From IMG/VR virus record IMGVR_UViG_3300012667_000136, positions 1 through 63,212 of that record: a stretch of 63,212 nt of DNA; one strand, written 5' to 3'. A model generated the notes under the pieces. It was not told where the DNA came from. It did no database searches and saw only the letters and a list, made by a program, of their open reading frames with translations. Origin of the DNA: a virus (Duplodnaviria > Caudoviricetes). Shown piece by piece: positions 7,671 to 15,743 of this stretch; positions within the stretch are counted from its first letter, which is position 1, and every line of letters starts with the position of its first letter. Both the position numbers and the translations under genes were made by a program.

Positions 7671-8822
7671 TTAATGCTTTCTAAAAAAACTTAGTTCGCC
7701 GTTCCTCACAGCACTTTCAGTCATTTGTCTCTTATGACGCTCTACGCTATCTGTAAACTTGCCCATCATGCGTTCGCGATCTGCATCAATTTCTGCTTGA
7801 TTAGGACCTGCTGGTGATTTGCGACCTTTAAGTTTACTTTGTAGAAACCCTGGCTTTCCTTCGTCGCCTGCGTCTGCTGCCGCAGGCTTTGCTGTTGGCG
7901 CTGCTGCTGGTTTAGCAGCTGGTTTAGCAGCTGGTGCTGGAGCTGTTTGATTAGTTGTGTTCGGAACTCCGCCTTGAACTTTATCCCCAACTGGTGTTCC
8001 TGGAGTGTTTTTCATTGTAGCTGGATCAAACTTTGCTCCGGTGCTAACAGTCTGCTTGCCACCAGCTAGTTGATTATTAAAACTTCCAGCTTTAGCTGGT
8101 GCTGCTGCTGGTGCTTTTTGTTTCATTGCTGCGCTAACTTTAGGATCAGCTTTAAGCATTGTTACAAGTTCTGATTTTTGCTCAGGAGCTAACCCTTGAA
8201 CAGCTTTCTGTACTTGTGCGTATGCACTATCAGCTTTAGGATTTGCTGCTGCTGGCTCAGCTGCTGCCGGAGCTGCCGGAGCTGCCGCTGGCTTTGCTGT
8301 TGGCGCTGCTGCTGGTTCAGCAGGTGCTGCTGCATTTGGGTTACCTGGTTTAGCAGTATTAGTTTTGCTAACAGGAGCATTAGCCATAGTGTTAGGCTTT
8401 TCACCGCCTAGTTGATTAGCCATTGCACCCATTGCTGGTGAACTTGCTGCACCTGCTGCTGGCGCAGGAGCTGCCGAAGCTCCGGATGCTGCTTTTGTTC
8501 CGCTGTTTGCCGCAGTGTTCAATCTTCCAAATGCAGATTTAGGTTGTGCTGCTGGTGCCGGAGCACTGCCTGCTGCTGGTGCTTCACCTGCTGCTGGTTC
8601 TGCAGGAGCATCTGCTGCTGGCTCTTCTTCATCACCTGCAACTGTTTTCTTGCCGCTTTGGTAGCCTTTCTTAAAAGCACTGCCTAACCCTGCAACACCT
8701 CCAGCTACTGCACCAACTGCTTTAGCTGCACCGCCGGCAACTTTACCGAGCCCTGAACCGATGGCACTCAAAGGACCTTCATCTAGTTGTTCGTTTTCTA
8801 CTAATAATTCATGAATTTTCAT
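7671..8822 (-). CDS. Ala/Pro-rich putative internal head (virion) protein
   Basis: N-terminus MKIHELLVENEQLDEG carries L-x-E motifs like T4 prohead-protease sites, followed by low-complexity PAA repeats. Confidence 0.55.
   Translation of the reverse strand: MKIHELLVENEQLDEGPLSAIGSGLGKVAGGAAKAVGAVAGGVAGLGSAFKKGYQSGKKTVAGDEEEPAADAPAEPAAGEAPAAGSAPAPAAQPKSAFGRLNTAANSGTKAASGASAAPAPAAGAASSPAMGAMANQLGGEKPNTMANAPVSKTNTAKPGNPNAAAPAEPAAAPTAKPAAAPAAPAAAEPAAANPKADSAYAQVQKAVQGLAPEQKSELVTMLKADPKVSAAMKQKAPAAAPAKAGSFNNQLAGGKQTVSTGAKFDPATMKNTPGTPVGDKVQGGVPNTTNQTAPAPAAKPAAKPAAAPTAKPAAADAGDEGKPGFLQSKLKGRKSPAGPNQAEIDADRERMMGKFTDSVERHKRQMTESAVRNGELSFFRKH
7885..8317. repeat. 28-bp intragenic direct repeat (7885-7912, 8290-8317) and 12-bp tandem unit (7906-7935)
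   Basis: GGCTTTGCTGTTGGCGCTGCTGCTGGTT occurs twice (encodes PAAAPTAKP). GCTGGTTTAGCA is repeated 2.5 times. Confidence 0.85.
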
Positions 8823-8831
8823 TTTTAATCC

Positions 8832-10781
8832 TTATGCCATTGTTGGTTCAATTCGTCCGTTGCCTGCATCTCTACTAGGTGCTGCCGCAGCAGGTGCTCC
8901 GCCTGAATTCTTTTCTAGATATTTTAATAATCTCACTTTACGATCAACAGGCAAAGCTGCAATTAATTTTTTAACTTGTTCAATGTCCATAGGTGCTGCT
9001 GCATCTGCTGCCTTGGGAGAACTAGCAATCTTCATAGTCTTATAAACGCCGTCAACAACATTAGCTGCAACACCTTGCTGTGTTAGAAATGCTTTCAGTT
9101 CTTCGCTGTCAGTAGGAGCTCCGGCTTTTTGCCAAGCTGAGTTTAATTTGTCTGCTGTAACTTTTGTTGTAAGGTTCTTGCCCTTGGTAGCTGCCCAGTT
9201 CATTGCCTTGCCAGCTGCACCTTTAATTGCGTCTAACGGTCCTTCCATTAGGCGACCTTCACCTAACATCTTGTCATTCAATGTGCATACACGGTTGAAC
9301 ACCATGTAAACTTGACCTTCACTTAACGATTTAGATGTTCTGCTAATGCTTTCGCCTTTCATTGCTTTGAGCAATTCAGCAGCTCGATCTTTGTTAATCA
9401 TTGGACGAGGATGTGTTCCGTCGATAACTTGTTGCAAGTAATCGGCACTGTACTTGCCGGCAGCTTTACCTGCCGACGTTGCTGCATCAGCTGCTGCGCC
9501 CGCAGCTTGTCCGCTGTTTTGTGCTTGCCAGTCAAGAGCTTTTTGTGCGTCTTCTGGAGATATCTTGAATCTCACTCCACTATTGCCGCCTGCATCTACA
9601 ACACGCTGTAGATAATCACTACTCATGCCAGCACCGTATGGTTGGGATGTTGCAACATCAGCGGCACTATTAGCAGCAGCTTTAGTAAGTTCTTTTGCTG
9701 TTAGTCCAGTTGTTTTAATAATTTCTGCTTTCTCTGCAGGGTCTGCTGCTACAAATTCAGCAGCAGCCTTGGCTGTTGCCTTGGCATTTTCTGCTGCATC
9801 GGCAGTTGGCAATTGTAGTTGTCCCCTGAGATCCTGTGCATCGCCCATGGCTTTAAATGCTGCATCACTCTTTGCTGCATCACGAACTCCAGCCATTGCA
9901 TCGCTAGATACAGAACCACTACTAATTCCAGGAGTTGCCATTTGCCCATTGTTAGTCAAGTCGGCAAATGTCTTCATATCCATAGTCTTCAATGGTATGT
10001 CACCAGTGAATACTTTCCTACCAGTAGAGTCAAATACTTGTAGAGAATCTCCGCTAGAAGAAAACGTGTATCCTTTGTCGGGCGGAAACTTATTAAGAAT
10101 TCTATCTTGGAATGCTTGATCGGCAGCTAGACCCTGTTGAATGTCTGCTGGTACTTCGCCGCCACCTTCGGGTTTACCTTTTAGATAGTCGCCTAACTTG
10201 CTTGCACCATAGGCCATAGCGCCAGTCTTGCCGCCGGCATAGGCAGCGGAGCTAAATTTTTCACCTTGTAGCAGCTTGTCAGTCATCTTTAACAAGCCTA
10301 GAACAGCAGCGCCACCTAGTCCAGCACCACTAATACCAGCGGCTGCAATAAGTGCAGAATAGATCAATCCCTGTGCAATTGGATGTTCTTTGGCAAATGT
10401 ACGATATTTTTGAATTACTGTATTAATAGCGTTATCCGGACCACCTAACCCTGCTTCAATCTTAGCAACAACATCGTCGTATTTCTGATCAACAGCCTTA
10501 ATAGGACCACTATCTTGAATCTTTGTTTTTAAATCTTCCCAGGCTTTGTTTACTGCTTCGGCAGCATCCTTACCTTTACCTAATAATGTTCTATTACCGC
10601 CAGATGCTGTAGATTGTGTTTCGATTTCAGCAAACAAGCTCTGAATCTGATCAGCTGTTAGTGCTGCTTCTTTTAATTTAACGCCTGCACTCTCCCATAG
10701 AACCATAGTCCTTCTACTAGAGTAGTCGAGACCTTCATATAGGTATGTGTTTTTATTATTCGATATTTGTTGAATTCTCAT
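8832..10781 (-). CDS. Putative internal head/ejection protein, modular, with a hydrophobic Gly/Ala segment
   Basis: Late promoter upstream; L-x-E motifs (LYE, LKE, LSE, LME); internal repeat SSDYLQRVVD / SADYLQQVID. Confidence 0.5.
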   Translation of the reverse strand: MRIQQISNNKNTYLYEGLDYSSRRTMVLWESAGVKLKEAALTADQIQSLFAEIETQSTASGGNRTLLGKGKDAAEAVNKAWEDLKTKIQDSGPIKAVDQKYDDVVAKIEAGLGGPDNAINTVIQKYRTFAKEHPIAQGLIYSALIAAAGISGAGLGGAAVLGLLKMTDKLLQGEKFSSAAYAGGKTGAMAYGASKLGDYLKGKPEGGGEVPADIQQGLAADQAFQDRILNKFPPDKGYTFSSSGDSLQVFDSTGRKVFTGDIPLKTMDMKTFADLTNNGQMATPGISSGSVSSDAMAGVRDAAKSDAAFKAMGDAQDLRGQLQLPTADAAENAKATAKAAAEFVAADPAEKAEIIKTTGLTAKELTKAAANSAADVATSQPYGAGMSSDYLQRVVDAGGNSGVRFKISPEDAQKALDWQAQNSGQAAGAAADAATSAGKAAGKYSADYLQQVIDGTHPRPMINKDRAAELLKAMKGESISRTSKSLSEGQVYMVFNRVCTLNDKMLGEGRLMEGPLDAIKGAAGKAMNWAATKGKNLTTKVTADKLNSAWQKAGAPTDSEELKAFLTQQGVAANVVDGVYKTMKIASSPKAADAAAPMDIEQVKKLIAALPVDRKVRLLKYLEKNSGGAPAAAAPSRDAGNGRIEPTMA

Positions 10782-10803
10782 AGGGTTATTAAGATATATT
10801 TGT

Positions 10804-10810
10804 TATTTAT
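10804..10810 (-). promoter_or_regulatory. T4-late-type promoter (ATAAATA)
   Basis: Upstream of the ATG at 10781. Confidence 0.6.
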
Positions 10811-10814
10811 TGTG

Positions 10815-11325
10815 ATTACGAGCTAAAGCTCGTATTCGTTTTCGCTAACGCTCAACGAATTTTCTTTCTTCTTAACTATGAAGTAATGTATCTGCGAAGC
10901 AGTTTAAATATTATGTAGATTGTTCAGTCACACTTAACCCGAGCAGGGTTAAGATTAGCATTATGTGAGTTGCACAATACACTTAGCGTTAAAGCATTAC
11001 AGTGGCGGTCAGCCGGTACCACGAGCTTTGTCTTAATATCTGACGGTGGACTAATACACATACGCTAACATATGCACTAGTCTAAGGGTTTTTCTCCCTT
11101 CTTTTAGCCTTGTTACTTACAATATTACAAATCAAACCGGTTTTATGAAAGGCATATCCGATCGTCGTCCTGTAAAGGATAGTGATTTGCTACTCTTCGC
11201 CAACGTAGAGTTCCTTACCGTCACACATCAGAACGGATTTTGGGCACGATATAGTCGCCTGTGCGGGCTTTTTTGGCGATATTTTGCCTGGATTTGTTGA
11301 GCCTAACTGTGCCTGGCGACTGTGT
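10815..11325 (-). ncRNA. Candidate large structured non-coding RNA (~500 nt); alternatively a structured DNA origin
   Basis: Only long gene-free stretch in the window. It contains many hairpins, long-range helices and a possible pseudoknot, and its G-U wobbles favour the minus strand. Confidence 0.55.
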
Positions 11326-11332
11326 GTTTGTG

Positions 11333-11767
11333 TTATATTTTAGGTTTTTTGAGGATATGTGAGCCGTGAACTCGAACCTGTATGTGACCGTTGTACCAGT
11401 CATTAGATTCTAGAACTTTGTTTTTAAATTGTTCTCTTGCCTCGATGTAGCTGCATTCTGATTTAGTTGTGCAGTAAAATAGAATTTCTCTGGTGAAGTT
11501 TTCTTTGCCTAAGGCCTTAATATCTGCTGTTAGCGCATCGCTAGAACCATAATAGTCCTTCCAATCGCTTTCAATTTTGCCTCTGATTTTCTTCTTTTTC
11601 TTCTTGCCGTTTTTAAGTGTGACTGATTTGTATGTTGTTTTTGCGAATTTTGCTAGTTTTTTGCCTATGTACTTGCGTCCAGAGATAACGTTGGTGATAA
11701 GATAAACGAATCCAATGTATTCGTCCGAAATTTCGGTAACTTCTTTCTTCTTATAAAACCACGTCAT
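11333..11767 (-). CDS. Stand-alone GIY-YIG endonuclease (Seg-like catalytic domain)
   Basis: GFVYLITN..GRKYIGKK, WKDYYGSS, ENFTREIL, E in SYIEAREQ and terminal WYN. It has a poly-Lys insertion. Confidence 0.85.
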   Translation of the reverse strand: MTWFYKKKEVTEISDEYIGFVYLITNVISGRKYIGKKLAKFAKTTYKSVTLKNGKKKKKKIRGKIESDWKDYYGSSDALTADIKALGKENFTREILFYCTTKSECSYIEAREQFKNKVLESNDWYNGHIQVRVHGSHILKKPKI

Positions 11768-11997
11768 CCCGTAGTTAGCTTCTTCGGCCTACCCGGCCTG
11801 CCATTCCTGGCAATACGTCGTACTTCTCTTTTTTCTTGTATTTCTACTCGCCTAATGCTTGCCTCGTTGCGTATTTCTGATAACCAATATCGTGCCTTAA
11901 TGCCTGCCTCGTCTACCCCGGTGTATTCAAACCGGGTCTGCCATTTAAAATATTCCTGAAACGCATGGATCATTCGATCGTGTGAATCTGTACTCAA
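11764..11997 (-). CDS. Small basic nucleic-acid-binding protein (Hc1/histone H1-like pattern)
   Basis: F..G...AG.KAR..L.EI......R.EI.E pattern with an Arg/Lys tail (GRPGRPKK). Overlaps both neighbours by 4 bp. Confidence 0.5.
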   Translation of the reverse strand: MSTDSHDRMIHAFQEYFKWQTRFEYTGVDEAGIKARYWLSEIRNEASIRRVEIQEKREVRRIARNGRPGRPKKLTTG

Positions 11998-13772
11998 CCA
12001 ACAATCTCCACATCGTTACTGTAGCTAGTAAACCCATTTTCTTTAATAACTTTTAATACGTGATTTACACGACTTGTTAAATCATCTCGATGTGAGATTA
12101 AGAAAATGTTCTTATCGCGCTCTCGACTAATGCGTTTCAATACTGCAATACTAGATTCAACACCGCTAGCATCCATACCACTATCTACTAATTCGTCAAT
12201 AAACAACAAATTAATGGAAGTGTATAAGTTTTCCCAAACATCACGGAATGCCCAGCTCATCGAAAGTATCAATCTATTGCGTTCACCGCGTGATAGATTG
12301 TCAAAATCTAGATCTTGTCCGAGTTGTGTAATGATAACGCTTAGATCGTTTTGGAATTCAACGATATGCGGTAAGCCGATCTTGTCTAGATAATAGGTTA
12401 GTCGTTGATTTAAGAATGCCAAGTTCTGATCAATAATGCGTTTACGTACAAAGCTATCTTTGTTTGTTAACAGCTTATACAGGAACTCTTGGTGATCCTT
12501 GAGCTTAACTAATTCGTTAACTGCATCCCAGTTAATATCCTGAACAGCAGTATTTTGTAATTCTGTAATTTGTTCAAGATACGGATTATTCTCTGCACAC
12601 TTGATTTCAAGATCACGCTCAAGACTGCCTAACGTATTTTTATGATTTAGAGCTTGTTCTAAAGTATCGTAGATTACTTCAGGCATGCTTCCTAGTTCTC
12701 CTAATTCATTAAGCGCATCAGTATGTTCGATTAATTGAGTGTTTGTTGCTAATGCTTGAAGTGCAGCTTCTTGCAGATCTTTGCGCTTCTTTTCTAATAG
12801 AGCAACTTGCTTTTCGTCGTGGAAGCCTTGCCCGCAACTATGGCAGGTATGATTTTCCAGACTTTCAATTTCTAACTTAAGAGTATCTATTAGTTTTTGT
12901 TCACGTACTTCGTCTAATTCGCAACGTTTGATCCAGCTATTAAGATCGTTAATAGCTTTACGCTTTACATTGTAAGCATCCAATGCACGATGCGCTAGAA
13001 TCTCGTTGTCAATGTTGATATGTAACAACTTTTCAATAGCTTTGGCTAGATTAGCCACAGCCAGTTCGTGCTGTTCTTCCCACATCCGTTGTTTGCGTTC
13101 TAATGCATCAATACTTTGTTGAATCTTTTCGTTTGAAATTTTAATTGTTTCAATCTTAGTATTTTCAGTAGTAATAGCATCTTTGGTAAACTTAATTTGT
13201 TCTTTAAGTGCTTCTGCTTTTTCAGACAATTGTGTAATACCTAACAACTGTTCGATAATATTTCGTTGATCTGCCGCCTTCATTGACAAGAACGGCTCAG
13301 TATAAGTGTTCAAAGCCACAATATTTTTAAACATATCGTGGCTCAGTCCAAATAATTCGTCAATAGCTTTTTGTGTTTCTCTAGAATCACCTTGACTTTC
13401 GTCTTTATCTAACGATTCTTGTTCTCTTCCGTTTATACTAAACTTGAGTATATTGGGTTTACGTCCTCGTTCGATGTGATAATCTACTCCGTCTTTTTCA
13501 AAACTAACAGTACACAGCATGCCCTTGCCGTTAATTTTATTAACTAAATTATCTTTCTTGATATTAGTCAATGCTGTGCCGTAGATAGCATAGCTAAGAC
13601 CGTTAATAATAGTAGTCTTACCTGTACCGTTACGGGCTCCGCTGTCGTCTCCCCCTAGATCTAAGTTCTCACCTAATACTAGAGTTAATTGCCCCTTATC
13701 GAATCCAATAGCTTGAGTTTGGTTGCCCACACTCATAAAATTCTTTACGGTTAAATTCTTAATTTTTATCAT
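11994..13772 (-). CDS. gp46: Recombination endonuclease ATPase subunit (Rad50/SbcC-like, T4 gp46)
   Basis: KNFMSVGN, Walker A NGTGKTT, coiled coil with CHSC zinc hook, LSRGE signature, LLFIDE Walker B, ISH. Confidence 0.93.
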   Translation of the reverse strand: MIKIKNLTVKNFMSVGNQTQAIGFDKGQLTLVLGENLDLGGDDSGARNGTGKTTIINGLSYAIYGTALTNIKKDNLVNKINGKGMLCTVSFEKDGVDYHIERGRKPNILKFSINGREQESLDKDESQGDSRETQKAIDELFGLSHDMFKNIVALNTYTEPFLSMKAADQRNIIEQLLGITQLSEKAEALKEQIKFTKDAITTENTKIETIKISNEKIQQSIDALERKQRMWEEQHELAVANLAKAIEKLLHINIDNEILAHRALDAYNVKRKAINDLNSWIKRCELDEVREQKLIDTLKLEIESLENHTCHSCGQGFHDEKQVALLEKKRKDLQEAALQALATNTQLIEHTDALNELGELGSMPEVIYDTLEQALNHKNTLGSLERDLEIKCAENNPYLEQITELQNTAVQDINWDAVNELVKLKDHQEFLYKLLTNKDSFVRKRIIDQNLAFLNQRLTYYLDKIGLPHIVEFQNDLSVIITQLGQDLDFDNLSRGERNRLILSMSWAFRDVWENLYTSINLLFIDELVDSGMDASGVESSIAVLKRISRERDKNIFLISHRDDLTSRVNHVLKVIKENGFTSYSNDVEIVG

Positions 13773-14779
13773 AGTTCTTTATAGATGTCTAATAACATAG
13801 ACTTGTTGTAGCTATCACTTTCAATGGCATTTATTTGGTTCATAACAATAGTATCAACACTTTCAAAGTTGATATCGATTGGAACAGAGTTAGAATCCAC
13901 TTCTACTTTTTCGGGAATTAACATTAATTCTCGTAAATTAAATTGTGGAATGAATTGTTCCTTGATAAAATTTGCCTCTTCGAATGTAATAGGCAAATCA
14001 ATAGTAACCCTACAATGCATTTTTTCTCTAAGTAGTAGCTCTGGACTATCGATAATTTGACTTAGCTTGTAGACCCGGTATACAGGTTGCTTGGGCCATG
14101 CCTTGAACTCGGGCTTGCCTCCCCACTCTAAAATCATCATGCCACGCTCGTCATCCCCTGCATCGGCATAGTTATGAGGAAATGCATTTCCGATATACCA
14201 AATGTTCTGCGCATTTTGACGTTTGTGGAAATGTCCAGTAAACACGTATTCTTGATTTACAAAATGACTGCTTTGGACTTGCCCGTGATCGGGCATTTGT
14301 ACCATAGCGTTCATGTAGAAACTAGGCAATTCTAAATGCCCAAACATGTACTTGCTTTTAATATTAGGAATAGTCTTCCATTCGTCAGCAATTAACCAAG
14401 GCATGATAGTTACGTCGCCTTGTGTTATTGTCTCGTTGACTAGGACAATGTTAGGAAACAATCTTCCAAACTCTAAACTATGAATTTCACGCTTGTCTTT
14501 GTAGAACATATCGTGGTTACCGGTAATAACATAGACTTTCTCAAAGCTATTATTGAGTTTTTCTAAGTTACTAACGGTATAGTTCATAGTACTCACATCA
14601 GTGGTGCTACGATTATGGTGCCAGTCGCCGAGAAAGATTGCAGTTTCACAACCTTGCTCTTTGGCTGTATCACAAAACCAAGAGACGAAATCTTCGCAAT
14701 CTTGATTATGTGTACGACTTCCTGATTTTAATCCGAAATGAATATCAGTAAAACATGCTACTTTCTTGAATAGATTCAT
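13769..14779 (-). CDS. gp47: Recombination endonuclease nuclease subunit (Mre11/SbcD-like, T4 gp47)
   Basis: Metallophosphoesterase motifs DIHFG, GDWHH, GNHD, GH, GHFH. Start adjusted to ATG 14779. Confidence 0.93.
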   Translation of the reverse strand: MNLFKKVACFTDIHFGLKSGSRTHNQDCEDFVSWFCDTAKEQGCETAIFLGDWHHNRSTTDVSTMNYTVSNLEKLNNSFEKVYVITGNHDMFYKDKREIHSLEFGRLFPNIVLVNETITQGDVTIMPWLIADEWKTIPNIKSKYMFGHLELPSFYMNAMVQMPDHGQVQSSHFVNQEYVFTGHFHKRQNAQNIWYIGNAFPHNYADAGDDERGMMILEWGGKPEFKAWPKQPVYRVYKLSQIIDSPELLLREKMHCRVTIDLPITFEEANFIKEQFIPQFNLRELMLIPEKVEVDSNSVPIDINFESVDTIVMNQINAIESDSYNKSMLLDIYKEL

Positions 14780-14785
14780 AGATAT

Positions 14786-14814
14786 ATTATAACTTGTTAG
14801 GAGACAAAGATCAA
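14786..14814 (-). promoter_or_regulatory. Sigma70-type promoter TTGATC-N17-TATAAT upstream of gp47
   Basis: -35 at 14814-14809, exact 17-bp spacer, -10 at 14791-14786, then 6 nt to the ATG. Confidence 0.6.
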
Positions 14815-15680
14815 TCCCAATCCCCGCCACCTTCTCCGGAACTAACAGGCCCACTATAGTTGCTGCCGCCGCTGTTCTGTCTAGTCCAACTTGGGTTCAT
14901 TCCGTTCATTTCAAGAATGTCGTCTCGAATGTTTTGATTGCGCTTCTCAATGTTGATAATTCTAACGAATGAATTAGTGACAGCAGCAGTATAGTAAGCA
15001 AAAGGATTATCAGATTTGCTTTCATCGAATTGAAGTCCTATTTGAGTAAGTTGCAAGATAGCTTGCCCACGCATTTCGTCGTTGTAAGTATAACCGCGAA
15101 CGTTGCCTCGAGTTGCATATCTCTCACAGAGTTTTAAGAACATGCGAGCTAAATTGTTTGTCATCTTGCCGTGTTCTTTGTTAAACTCGCCAGTTAGTAA
15201 ATCGCCCTTCCAATGGCTCTTTCCTACCAACACAATGTTATCGTTATCGTCAAATTTAAAATGTTGGAAAGGTGGAAAGTTAACCTTCTCGTGACTATCG
15301 GCTGTATTTTTTAGAGTTTTCTTGCGCCCTGGTGCAAGTGGTACATGATCAAATGTCATGATCCTAAAAACAACGTCAGTTTTCTTAATAGTTTTATAAT
15401 CTACTTCGAACTCTTTAGCAGGCAATTTTTTACCGCCAGTTAATACGGCAGTTTCGTGTGCTTGTTTGCTAAGTTTAATAGCTCGATTTCGTTTAGCTTC
15501 TGCAATAGTTCTAATGTTAATTTTCCCTAAATTGGGCAATATTAGATCATAGTCAGCATATCTTGGGTCAGTATAAGAGCAATAGGTATTCTTGCTCAGG
15601 TGAATTTCTTTTAATAAGTCCTTGTTTGTCAAGTATTTTATTTTAGGTACTGTAGGTGTCATCTCCGGTGGTTTCTCCAT
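14811..15680 (-). CDS. gp55: Late-transcription sigma factor, T4 gp55 family
   Basis: KYLTNKDLL, MFLKLCERYA..NVRGYTYNDEM, FDESKSDNPFAYYT...NSFVRIINIEKR. It is adjacent to gp47/gp46, matching the T4-like order. Confidence 0.88.
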   Translation of the reverse strand: MEKPPEMTPTVPKIKYLTNKDLLKEIHLSKNTYCSYTDPRYADYDLILPNLGKINIRTIAEAKRNRAIKLSKQAHETAVLTGGKKLPAKEFEVDYKTIKKTDVVFRIMTFDHVPLAPGRKKTLKNTADSHEKVNFPPFQHFKFDDNDNIVLVGKSHWKGDLLTGEFNKEHGKMTNNLARMFLKLCERYATRGNVRGYTYNDEMRGQAILQLTQIGLQFDESKSDNPFAYYTAAVTNSFVRIINIEKRNQNIRDDILEMNGMNPSWTRQNSGGSNYSGPVSSGEGGGDWD

Positions 15681-15710
15681 TAGTTAATATAATAGCACAT
15701 TTTGTCAAGA

Positions 15711-15717
15711 ATAAATA
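15711..15717 (+). promoter_or_regulatory. T4-late-type promoter (ATAAATA) heading the baseplate operon
   Basis: Intergenic, upstream of the gene at 15744. Confidence 0.6.
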
Positions 15718-15743
15718 CTGAATAATAGGAAATATTGTTCAAA

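Noticed and set aside
7880-8330. Repeats as a CRISPR or guide array
   Set aside because: They are in-frame codon repeats of an Ala/Pro-rich protein, with no regular repeat-spacer periodicity.
11041-11260. Group I intron (GATATAGTC at 11248-11256 resembles the S element; GACTA/TAGTC resembles P7)
   Set aside because: The region interrupts no gene, both flanking ORFs look complete, and I could not build a consistent P3-P7 core. A covariance-model search should still be run.
10815-11325. tRNA, tmRNA or RNase P RNA
   Set aside because: No cloverleaf, T-loop/CCA end or GAGGAAAGUCC-type motif on either strand.
11221-11403. 60-aa minus-strand ORF
   Set aside because: It overlaps the GIY-YIG gene out of frame, has no RBS, and runs through the structured region; likely spurious.
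15689-15708. Sigma70 promoter for gp55 (TTGACA plus TATTAT on the minus strand)
   Set aside because: The two hexamers are only 8 nt apart. An extended -10 (TGC-TATTAT) remains possible but is too weak to call.
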